NCBI GenBank assembly: GCA_964016885.1
Contig: CAXHJY010001047.1
Coordinates: 1 to 47,889, forward strand
Source: Eledone cirrhosa
Taxonomy: Eukaryota
Direction: 5' to 3'
DNA length: 47,889 bases
Below, piece by piece: positions 16,974-33,018 of the stretch. Below the pieces are notes generated by a model, which made no database searches, was not told where the DNA came from, and worked only from the letters and a program-made list of their open reading frames with translations. Each line of letters begins with the position of its first letter. Positions within the stretch are counted from its first letter, which is position 1. The translations under genes were made by a program, and so were the position numbers.

Positions 16974-17033
16974 GAAAAGAGTCAGGACCCTGACGGTTGA
17001 GCACCGGCCCTTTCGACAGCTAGATCCGAACTC
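16974..17033 (-). mobile_element. Diverged 60-bp fragment related to family E (3' half of hammerhead)
   Basis: Minus strand TAGCTGTC-GAAA-..CCG-TC-AGGGTCCTGACTC aligns with TAGCCGTC-GAAA-..CCG-TC-GGGGTCCTACTC. Confidence 0.65.
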
Positions 17034-17065
17034 ATATAATATACAATGTATATGATGTATCTGTG

Positions 17066-17105
<40 letters not shown>

Positions 17106-17108
<3 letters not shown>

Positions 17109-17312
17109 CGAAGGAAATGTGGTAAGGAACCAGATGGCCCATAACGCACCAAAGTACTCAATACTTAGGGTAGTAGAGTGGGTAATAGGAACGAGTAGAA
17201 CCCCGACGGCAGAGCTCAAGCCGTTTCGACGGCTAATTCTGGACTAATACTAGTCCAGAATTAGCCGTCGAAACGGCTTGAGCTCTGCCGTCGGGGTCCT
17301 ACTCGTTCCTAT
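17106..17312 (-). mobile_element. Fold-back mini-element family E, copy 2
   Basis: Tail 17106-17184; 62-bp arms 17185-17246 and 17251-17312, loop ATAC; near-identical to the reverse complement of 2557-2762. Confidence 0.8.
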
Positions 17313-17360
17313 ATATATATATATGTGTGTGTGTCGAGAGAGAGAGAGAAACAGATTTAA

Positions 17361-17392
<32 letters not shown>

Positions 17393-17439
17393 TTACATAT
17401 ATATATATATTTACATATATATATATATATATATATATA

Positions 17440-18473
17440 TAACTTTGAATAACTTTGAAATGTTTTGGCCAGTATTGGCCCAGGCCATGTCTAACTTAAT
17501 AGCACCACCTGGCGAAGTCTTTCAATTCAGGATTTGGGCACCATGGCCCATTCGAGAAGAGAATTACTGTTTGCGGAGACATATCCGGGTGTGGGTGGTT
17601 TGTCCGGGATTACTTGGAGGAATTTGTCCAAAGACTTCTTGAATTTTGTGTGGTCAGTTTCTGTTTTGACGTGTCCTGGTGTGATGTTGAAGAGAGCAGG
17701 GCCGATTGAGGTGAAATAATTGTGCCGTAATTGTTGTTATGAGTTGCGATTTAGATTTTTGAATGGGACGGATAGCACGGGGCCCAAGCCTTGGGTGTAT
17801 CTTGAAGGCGATGCCAACATCATTTGGGCAGTGATGATGGAACATTTTCCACATCATGCAGATAATATAACGCTCACGGCGACGTTGGAGTGAGTAAAGT
17901 TTCAGGTTTTCCAATCGACCCCAGTAGTCAAGGTCTGACATGCCATCTATCTTTTTCGTGATTGCCCTTTGAGGAGCTTCAAGTTTCATGATACTTTGTT
18001 TCGTGTGGGGAGACCACAGTGGACAACAGTATTCAAGGTGTGGTCGGGCGAAAGTAGCGAAGAGAAGGATAATGGTGCGGGAATCTCTCGACTGGAAGGT
18101 TCTGAGGATCCAGGAACACATTCTGCGGGCCATGTCAACTTTGCTGCTTATATGCGTGGTCCAGCTTATGTTGCTGTCCACGGTTACTCCCAAGTCTCTG
18201 ATGTTGTTAGATGCAACGAGAGTTTCCCCGGAGGGAAGGGAGTACGGGAGTTTCAGAGCCTCCTCTTTTCCAAAGTGGATCAGTTCGAATTTGTCTTCGT
18301 TCAGTAACATGTTGTTCTTTTCTGCCCATTGGGTAACAGCCAGTAGTCTGACTGAAGGCTTATCTGGTCATCCACGCCATTGATGACCTTTTGGAGCTTG
18401 GAATCATCAGCGAAAATTTTAATGTTGCTGTGTTTGATGATGTCAGTGATGTCATTAATATAGATGATGAAGA
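17440..18473 (-). mobile_element. CR1-like LINE family 2, copy 2 (shorter 5'-truncated)
   Basis: Near-identical reverse complement of ~10893-11928, same 3' tail, different indels. Confidence 0.93.
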
Positions 18474-18498
18474 TATATATATATACATATATATATAC

Positions 18499-18533
<35 letters not shown>

Positions 18534-18541
18534 ATATATAC

Positions 18542-18609
<68 letters not shown>

Positions 18610-18614
18610 TATAC

Positions 18615-18695
<81 letters not shown>

Positions 18696-18699
18696 CATG

Positions 18700-18732
<33 letters not shown>

Positions 18733-18745
18733 TTATATATATATT

Positions 18746-18786
<41 letters not shown>

Positions 18787-18787
18787 T

Positions 18788-18830
<43 letters not shown>

Positions 18831-18831
18831 T

Positions 18832-18910
<79 letters not shown>

Positions 18911-18976
18911 ATTTATATTATTATATATATATATATATAATATAAGATCAAAAGATGGTTAAAGGAGTTCAATATA

Positions 18977-19043
18977 TTTTATTATGCGCATTTCAAAAAC
19001 AAACATCATCAAACAATAATATTTGTGTTTTCATCAGATAAAA
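18977..19043 (-). ncRNA. Type I hammerhead ribozyme (inverted arm)
   Basis: Reverse complement of 19174-19240. Confidence 0.85.
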
Positions 19044-19173
19044 CAGGAGAACATGATATGAAGGCTAAAAAAAAACACTTGTTGATAGTGCAGTTTTAAA
19101 TCAACATATATGTTGATTTAAAACTGCACTATCAACAAGTGTTTTTTTTTAGCCTTCATATCATGTTCTCCTG

Positions 19174-19240
19174 TTTTATCTGATGAAAACACAAATATTA
19201 TTGTTTGATGATGTTTGTTTTTGAAATGCGCATAATAAAA
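19174..19240 (+). ncRNA. Type I hammerhead ribozyme
   Basis: TTTTAT-CTGATGA-AAACACAAAT..ATGTTTGTTTTT-GAAA-TGCGCA-TA-ATAAAA; palindromic stem III, AUA triplet. Confidence 0.87.
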
Positions 19241-19361
19241 TATATTGAACTCCTTTAACCATCTTTTGATCTTATATTATGCATACTCCAGTCCCACAAA
19301 CTGTAGAGTGCTTCTTATCCGATATCTGCATTGCTTTATTGTACTACAATAAAACTCACCT

Positions 19362-19413
<52 letters not shown>

Positions 19414-19437
19414 TACATATATATATATATATATATA

Positions 19438-19520
<83 letters not shown>

Positions 19521-19523
19521 ATT

Positions 19524-19559
<36 letters not shown>

Positions 19560-19588
19560 CATATGTATATATATATTTATATATATAC

Positions 19589-19638
<50 letters not shown>

Positions 19639-19639
19639 T

Positions 19640-19745
<106 letters not shown>

Positions 19746-19746
19746 C

Positions 19747-19809
<63 letters not shown>

Positions 19810-20047
19810 CTTATAATATATATATATATATATATTTATAAATATATATATACATATATATAGGTCAACAGTTGACATGATAGTGATTTTGACGATTTTG
19901 ACTTTGATTTTGTATCAGTACTGTCGGTAATATATGTATATATATATATGTTTGTGAGTGGTGTGCGTGATTGTATGCATGAATGAGTGTTGGTATGTGT
20001 GGTTGTGGTTTGTATGCATGAGTATTAGTGTGTGAGTCGTGTCAATA

Positions 20048-20078
<31 letters not shown>

Positions 20079-20083
<5 letters not shown>

Positions 20084-23000
20084 GACCATGCTGTAAAATG
20101 GAGGGGTAGAGAGGGCCCTTGAGTCTAGTAAGACATCCTCTCTAGTGCTGGTGGCACAAATAAAAGCACCCAGTCCATGCTGTAAAGTGGCGCTGGTGTT
20201 AGGAAGGGCATCCAACCAGTGTATCAATGCCAAAAAGCTTATCAGCACAGCAACAAAACAGCATAGAAAAATATGAAGACGTCGCATCTCAGAGTTGCAA
20301 CACTTAATGTTGGCACTCTCAGAGGTAGATCTGCTGAAATAGCGGAGATGCTGGAGAGAAGGCAGGTGGATGTGTGCTGCGTGCAAGAGGTGAGATGGAG
20401 AGGTGCCTCTGCGAGACTAGTCGTAGGCAAGCGTCTTAGCTATAAGCTATTCTGGGTAGGTAAGGATGATGGGTTAGGGGGAGTAGGCATTTTCCTGGCT
20501 GAGAAATGGATCAATAAGACAATAGAGGTAGTTCGAGTTAGTAATCGAATAATTAAGCTTAGATTAGTTGTAGGTAGGAGACTGCTGACAATCATCTCGG
20601 TCTATGCTCCCCAAGCAGGCCTAGGCAAAGATGAGAAAGACTGCTTTTATGAGCAACTTTTGCAAACAACCACAATGACAGAGGACGGAGACATCGTTAT
20701 GCTAGCAGGAGACTTCAATGGTCATGTTGGACGACTCCAGGATGGTTACACTGGGGTACATGGTGGCACGGTTACGGTTCAAGAAATGAAGAAGGAGTGA
20801 GACTTCTTGAATTTTGTGATGCAAGTACATTGACTATTTGCAACACAAACTTCCAGAAACCTGCCAATCACCTAATAACCTACAAATCTGGTGAGCACAT
20901 AAGCCACATTGACTTCCTGCTAGTTAGGCAGCGGACAGGCAGATAGTGTCTAATACCAAGGCATACCCTGGGGAAGAATGTACCCCACAGCATAGGTTAG
21001 TTGTTAGTGATATCTCAGTAAGCAAGAGATGGAATGAGACATATAGGAAGGTGTGGAGAAGAAAGGTCTGGAAGCTAAAAGACCTTTCACTAAAATTCAA
21101 ATTTAGGAAAGCCCTTCAAGATGTATATGACGAAAAAGAAGACGATTTAGAGACGTATAACATAGATAATAACTGGAAGTTCTTACGTGACAACTTGCTG
21201 AAGGCTACTGATGAAACCTGTGGCTGGAGCAGAGCTCCAACCAGACAGAGAGTGACCTGGTGGTGGAACAGCAGTGTAGATAGGCTATTAGAGACAAAAG
21301 ACTAGCATGGAAGGCTTGGAATAAGGGTGGGAGTAGGGAAGAATATACAGCCACTAAGAGAGAAGCTAGACGTCAGGTATACTTAGCACGCAGGGAGGCA
21401 GAGAGTAGGAGGTTTGCCAATGTTCTGCGACGGGAAGATCAGAGGCGTGCGGTGTTCCACATTGCAAGGCAGTGTGTCAATGCAAATCAGGATATTGTTG
21501 GTGATAAATGTGTCCGGGATGATGCCGGTGTACTTAGTGTCACGAATGACCAGAAAAAGGAGGCCTGGAAATGTCATTATGAGAGACTGATGAATGTGGA
21601 GAACGAATGGGAGAGAGAGAAATACCCTTGGTAGATCCGACAGAGGGACCAGCTATTGAGATTGACGAATATAGGGTCCAAGAGGCGATTAGGAAATGAA
21701 AAATGGTAAGGCGGCCGGACCATCGGGAATAGTTGCTGAGATGCTGAAGGCATCAGGGGACGTAGGCACTAAACTGGTTGCACGCATAATCAATCAGGCT
21801 ATATATGGTGGTGTCATACCCAAAGACTGGTGCAGCAGTATTCTCATAAATTGCTACAAAGGTAAAGGGGATGCGTTGGGGAGGAGCAATTATAGGGGTA
21901 TAAAACTGATAGATCAGGTTATGAAAGTGGCAGAAAGGATTTTAGCACAACTAATTAGAGAAAGGGTCAAACTAGATGAGATGCAGTTTGGTTTTGTGCC
22001 TGGGAAGAGTACAAACAGATGCCCTCTTCTTGGTGAGACAAATGCAAGAGAGGTTCTTAGAGAAGAATAAGCCACTATACTTAGCCTTTGTTGACCTAGA
22101 GAAGGCCTTTGATAGGGTACCCCGATCTGTCATCTGGTGGTCCCTAAGGAAGCTGGGTGTTGAGGAATGGCTTGTAAGGACAGTGCAAACTTTGTACAAA
22201 GGTACTCTCAGTAAAGTCAGTAGGAATGGAGTTTAGTGAGGAATTCCAGATACAAGTAGGAGTACATCAGGGTTCGGTCCTCAGCCCGCTCTTGATCATT
22301 ATAGTCCTCCAAGCCATAACAGAGGAGTTTAAGACTGGCTGTCCATGGGAACTTCTCTATGCTGACGATCTGGCTCTTATGGCAGAATCAGTAGAGGAGC
22401 TAGAGAATAAATTCCGGCTATGGAAACAGCAGTTGGAAGCAAGAGGACTGAGAGTAAATCTAGCTAAGACAAAAGTGTTGATGAGTAGAAAAGAGGACAA
22501 AACCCTGATTCCGTCAGGGAAATGGCCATGTTCGATATGCAGAAAAGGAACTGGCATAAATTCTATAAAATGCACACAATGTAGGTCCTGGGTACACAAG
22601 AGATGTAGCGGATAGCAGGCAAACTAACAGGTAGGGAGAAATATGTATGCAGTAGATGTACAGGGAAATTAGACAGTAGAAGTCGCACTGATAGACACAT
22701 TTTTCAAATGCGAGAGGGCGCTATAGAAGTGGTGGATAGCTTCCGGTACCTAGGAGATCAGATTAGCATGGGAGGAGGGTGTTCCGAGGCCATAGTATCT
22801 AGAATAAGGACGGGTTGGAAGAAGTTTAGGGAGCTGCTTCCTCTGTTGACGAAGAAGGGTTTCTCCCTGCGTACGAAAGGCCGGTTGTATGATGCCTGTG
22901 TGAGGAGCGCGATGCTGCATGGTAGTGAGACATGGGCAGCTACCGCAGAAGATATGCGACGGCTGGAGAGAAATGAGGCAAGCATGCTCCGTTGGATGTG

Positions 23001-23353
23001 CAGTGTAAATGTGCGTGAACGACCCAGCATAAATGTGTTGAGAGAGAAACTGTGTCTGAGAGGGATAGAATGTAGTGTACGGAGAGGAGACTGAGGTGGT
23101 ATGGACATGTGATGCGCATGGAGGATGACCGATGGGTGAAGAAGTGCCAGGAAATGCCAGTTGAAGGAAGACGTGGTAGAGGTAGACCACGAAAACATGG
23201 GCGGAGGTGGTGAGAACAGACCTCAGATCATTGAAGCTCACGGTGGAGATGACGAGGGACCGTCACGAGTGGAGAGATGCTGTGCTGAATAAGACCCGTC
23301 CCACCCTTGCAAGCAGGGAAAAGCGGACGTAAAATGATGATGATGATGATGAT
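20079..23353 (+). mobile_element. RTE-clade LINE, near full length
   Basis: Short 5' UTR, single APE-RT reading frame, (TGA)n 3' tail running into TA; 5' boundary approximate. Confidence 0.93.
20273..23332 (+). pseudogene. APE endonuclease / reverse transcriptase polyprotein with PHD-like finger, many frameshifts
   Basis: LRVATLNVGTL, VQEVRW, SVYAPQ, GDFNGHVG; GKAAGPSG, QFGF, FVDLEKAFDRVP, GVHQGSVLSPLL, LYADDL; CSIC/CTQC/HKRC/CSRC; RLRWYGHVMR. Confidence 0.92.
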
Positions 23354-23935
<582 letters not shown>

Positions 23936-23966
23936 AGATCAAAAGATGGTTAAAGGAGTTCATATA

Positions 23967-24033
23967 TTTTATTATGCGCATTTCAAAAACAAACATCATC
24001 AAGCAATAGTATTTGTGTTTTCATCAGATAAAA
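23967..24033 (-). ncRNA. Type I hammerhead ribozyme (inverted arm)
   Basis: TTTTATTATGCGCATTTC..TCATCAGATAAAA on +. Confidence 0.85.
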
Positions 24034-24165
24034 CAGGACAACATGATATGAAGGCTAAAAAAACACTTGTTGATAGTGCAGTTTTAAATCAACATATCTG
24101 ATATGTTGATTTAAAACTGCACTATCAACAAGTGTTTTTTTTAGCCTTCATATCATGTTCTCCTG

Positions 24166-24232
24166 TTTTATCTGATGAAAACAAAAATATTATTGCTTGA
24201 TGATGTTTGTTTTTGAAATGCGCATAATAAAA
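24166..24232 (+). ncRNA. Type I hammerhead ribozyme
   Basis: CTGATGA 24172, GAAA 24215, TGCGCA-TA, stem I TTTTAT/ATAAAA. Confidence 0.87.
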
Positions 24233-24356
24233 TATATGGAACTCCTTTAACCATCTTTTGATCTTATATTATGCATACTCCAGTCCCACAAACTGTAGAG
24301 TGCTTCTTATCCGATATCTGCATTGCTTTATTGTACTACAATAAAACTCACCTCCT

Positions 24357-26728
<2,372 letters not shown>

Positions 26729-27020
26729 AAAACAAATAACGAAACGAAATTAAATTTCGTTTCGTTTGTAACTCACTTTTGTATGACTGACGCTTAAACA
26801 ATTAAGTCAAGAATGTACATCCACATATGTATACTGAAATACTAGTATGCATATGAATACACACACTTGTACATATGTAGATGTTCCGAGTTTTTCACTG
26901 GACACTTTACTGTGAGTGTCCAGCTATTCTGTATGTAAACACACAGACAAACCGGTTTTTAGAGTCATACTGGTTTTCGGGGGAAACACCTTTCCTCTAT
27001 TCTCCAGAAAGCCAGACAGG

Positions 27021-27065
27021 AATATTGGACTAGTTTCGATGTTGTTACATCTCATCAGCAATATT
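27021..27065 (-). ncRNA. Minimal type I hammerhead ribozyme
   Basis: Minus strand AATATTG-CTGATGA-GATGT-aaca-ACATC-GAAA-CTAG-TC-CAATATT; canonical core, GUC triplet. Confidence 0.95.
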
Positions 27066-27485
27066 TACCTATCTTCCGGCTTTTCTAGAGAATCGTAAAA
27101 GCACATATCGTTATATGCTTTTTCTATTAAAATTAGTAGTGGGCAGACTAATTTGCATAGAGCGTGAGTACGTACCGGTTCAGCGGAGACGATAAAAACA
27201 AATAACGAAACGAAATTAAATTTCGTTTCGTTTGTAACTCACTATTGTATGACTGACGCTTAAACAATTATGACAAGAATGTACATCCACATATGTATAC
27301 TGAAATACTAGTATGCATATGAATACACACACGTGTACATATGTAGATGTACCGAGTTTTTCACTGGACACTTTACTGTGAGTGTCCAGCTATTCTGTAT
27401 GTAAACACACAGACAAACCGGTTTTTAGAGTCATACTGGTTTTCGAGGAAACACCTTTTCTCTATTCTCCAGAAAGCCAGACAGG

Positions 27486-27530
27486 AATATTGGACTAGTT
27501 TCGATGTTGTTACATCTCATCAGCAATATT
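27486..27530 (-). ncRNA. Minimal type I hammerhead ribozyme
   Basis: Identical motif one unit (465 bp) away. Confidence 0.95.
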
Positions 27531-27971
27531 CACCTATCTTCCGGCCTTTCTAGAGAATCGTAAAAGCACATATCGTTATATGCTTTTTCTATGAAAATTA
27601 GAAGTGGGCAGACTAATTTGCATAGAGCGTGAGTACGTACCGGTTCAGCGAAGACGATAAAAACAAATAACGAAACGAAATTAAATTTCGTTTCGTTTGT
27701 CACTCACTTTTGTATGACTGACGCTTAAACAATTAAGTCAAGAATGTACATCCACATTTCTGGAGAATAGAGGAAAGGTGTTTCCTCGAAAACAAGTATG
27801 ACTCTAAAAACCGGTTTGTCTGTGTGTTTACATACAGAATAGCTGGACACTCACAGTAAAGTGTCCAGTGAAAAACTCGGTACATCTACATATGTACACG
27901 TGTGTGTATTCATATGCATACTAGTATTTCAGTATACATATGTGGATGTACATTCTTGACTTAATTGTTTA

Positions 27972-27986
27972 TATATATATATATTT

Positions 27987-28036
<50 letters not shown>

Positions 28037-28057
28037 ATATATATATATATATATAAA

Positions 28058-28114
<57 letters not shown>

Positions 28115-28325
28115 GTGTATATGTATCTCTATTTATGTGTGTATATGTGTATATGTATATACCTTTTTCTTTGTATGTCTGAGTTGTGTGAGAGTGTAGT
28201 GTGTTTGTATGTATATACGGATATATGGATGCGTATGTATTTGTATATATGCGTATATGTAAGTGCGTATGTGTGTGTGAATATATATCTATGTCTATGT
28301 ATGAGTATGTATGTGTGTGTATGTA

Positions 28326-28356
<31 letters not shown>

Positions 28357-28580
28357 CTGTATGTATATGTGTGTATATATATGTATGTATGTGTATGTCT
28401 GTATGTATATAAGTATGTATGTGTATGTATATGTGCGTGTATATATATATATGTGTGTGTATATATGTGTGTGTGTATATATGTGTATATATGTGTGTAT
28501 ATATATATATGTATGTGTATATGTGTGTATATATATATGTATATGTTTATATATGTGTGTGTGTGTGTGTTGTATGTGTA

Positions 28581-28627
<47 letters not shown>

Positions 28628-28700
28628 TTGATATATTTCTTTTTTTTTTTTTTCTTTTTCTTTTTTTTCTTTTTCTTTCTTTTCTTTTCTTTTCTTTTTA
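27972..28700. repeat. (TA)/(TG) microsatellite and T-rich tract
   Basis: Direct reading. Confidence 0.93.
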
Positions 28701-29262
28701 TTTCTAAGTTTATAGATACATCTATAAATAAGCAGTCTGCCGAAACCGTTGAATACTGACCTCCCCCCCCACCTCTCCACCTAATTTCTGTATCTTGATC
28801 TAAATGTGTGTGGCAGTGTTTATGTGCGTGCATTAATATCCATATGCTTATGATAATACTATATCCACATATATGTGTGTGGGGGTGTGTGTGTGTATGT
28901 ATGTTCGTAATTATGTGTATGTTTATGCATATACGCGCGGTGTTGTGTGTGAGTGTACGGATATGTGTGAGTATGTGAATATGTGTATACATTTATTTCA
29001 TATTTATGTGTCTATACGCATTTTATCTGTGGATTATAAACTTACAGAGACATTAGCCTTGAATTTTTGTATTTGCATACATCTTTTTGGCATGCGTATG
29101 CATGTGAGCATATATCTTTGTATAAATATGTGTACGAAGTTAATTACATGTATATACACACACCAAACTGCATAAATTTTTTTGTATTTTCATTGGTCAA
29201 TTTGAACTCCGTTCCCAAACGGACCTGAAATTTTGAATTGTTGTTATTATCAATAAATATAT

Positions 29263-29418
29263 TTCATTATTTCTGAAGACGGCATATATGTGTGTTTGGG
29301 TATGTATATTTAATCTTGATAGTTTGTATAATTTTGTAAAATTTTGTACATAGATCTGTTGAATATGCATGCCAATTCTAACACATATATATCCTAGAAA
29401 CGATCGTTAAATAATGAA
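29263..29418 (+). ncRNA. Type I hammerhead ribozyme with extended (117-nt) stem II
   Basis: TTCATTATTT-CTGAAGA-[29280-29396]-GAAA-CGATCG-TT-AAATAATGAA; 10-bp stem I; ATATATGTGT/ACACATATAT and GGTATGTATATTTAA/TTGAATATGCATGCC pair inside stem II. Confidence 0.85.
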
Positions 29419-29474
29419 CTTTTTTTGTTTAATATAAGGAACTGTTTCATTGTTTTATTCATTATTTTTTTAAT

Positions 29475-31674
<2,200 letters not shown>

Positions 31675-31679
<5 letters not shown>

Positions 31680-33018
31680 GAAATATAAGAATCAAAGAGC
31701 TGTTCAAAACATTATTGTGCTTACAGCTGTTTCCTCCAAACCGAGGTTTGGATTCTTCGGAGCAATTTATTAATGCATGGACAGTTATATGACCTCCTTT
31801 TCAGCCGAGAGACATACCGATACATATTCAAACATTGATACATATTCAAACATTGTGGGTCAACATTCATTACAGAATTTAGAGTGGCAGTACACACTTC
31901 GAGATTACATTTATATTAAGAGGTACAATCAAAAATCAAAAATACAGGTTAAAATACAACATGAAGATAAGCGGTTATATAGTGCAAATGTTATATGTGT
32001 GGCACGCATGTGCGTCTTGTTTATATAGTGTGGCAGAGAGATATGTGTGGTAGAGGCACTTAGGTAGGTAAACAAGAGTGTTAGGTTGGTAGATCTGGTG
32101 GCATATTCTTTATATGATTGAAGTCTGTGTGTGGAGAAATATTATAAGCATTAAAAATAGTGCAAGCATTAAAAGTGTTAAAAGTATTGGAGATGCACAG
32201 CGAAGGGATGTCAAGTATTTCATGTACTTCGGCATTTTCATGGTCAGGGGAGTGTATTTACATAATCCACGACAATGCAGTTAGAGATCGTAGTCTGGTG
32301 TTCATTAGTTCAATACAGGAGGCTGTTACGTTTCGAGAAACGCCATTGAATACCACCCGGAAGTGTGTGTGTGGCTAAGTGGAGTTAATGCATGCGGGGA
32401 GGTAACTCTGGGGTTTCTATACCTAGCTATTAAAATGTGTCCCAATATAGACCCTAATTTCTATGGTGATGCGCATCCTCCAAGAGAAATTTTTAAAGCA
32501 TAAAGTGTATTAACTATAGAGTAGTTTAATTAAGTTATGCTGAAGGTGATCATATTATTATGGTGGATTAACCCATCGTAAGGTGCCACAAATGGAGATT
32601 ATAGATGATGAGCGAGGATTCTAAATTAATGATCTCTGTGGTTGTAGTCTACTCATAGGACCAGGCGCGGTGATTGCAGGATTGCTTCAGGACCCAATGA
32701 TCTCTGGTAAGATCTGGGTCATCGCTTGCTACATTGGATGTCGAAAGATAATCATCCCCAGGCCGGCCAGAGGTCGATCCGCAGTCCTCGCGACCCCTCT
32801 CTGACCGTCAGATCATCCATATATGTACAACCCGCACGGCAGTTGCAATGCATTCACTCACTGCGCTCAGCAGCCCGGTCCAACTGCTCAACAGCGTTAC
32901 TAGATTAAATCATTTTTCATCTGTCTAAGGAAGGTGTTTCCTCTGCACAACACTATCCAACCGATCAATTCATGCTCAAATTACCCTTAGAGCGGTGTAG
33001 TGCCGTTCAAGTGGGTGG
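31675..33018 (-). repeat. Inverted copy of 35452-36795
   Basis: End coordinates sum identically (68470); mirrored small ORFs in the track; only scattered substitutions. Confidence 0.97.
31718..31764 (-). ncRNA. Hammerhead-like motif, CCGAAGA core variant (inverted arm)
   Basis: Reverse complement of 36706-36752. Confidence 0.7.

Larger units (their letters stand above)
18937..19364 (+). mobile_element. Palindromic hammerhead mini-element family B, copy 1
   Basis: 344-bp palindrome 18937-19280 centred at 19108/19109 plus 84-nt tail; TA flanks. Confidence 0.88.
23929..24356 (+). mobile_element. Palindromic hammerhead mini-element family B, copy 2
   Basis: Same outer ends and tail as 18937-19364; palindrome centre differs (AACATATC-T-GATATGTT, centre 24099). 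Confidence 0.88.
26727..27971 (-). mobile_element. Hammerhead-containing tandem element, ~465-bp unit, 2.2 copies plus a ~215-bp inverted segment (non-LTR retrozyme-like)
   Basis: Units start 26727, 27193, 27658; inversion at ~27757; one HHR per full unit; many hairpins; no credible ORF. Confidence 0.88.

Noticed and set aside
20079-20272. HDV-like ribozyme in the RTE 5' UTR
   Set aside because: Known in some RTE elements, but I could not assign the nested double pseudoknot by eye; needs a descriptor search
31777-32908. Small ORFs (83, 72, 60 aa) duplicated at 35562-36693
   Set aside because: Conserved only because they lie in recent inverted arms; antisense to the element; no motifs
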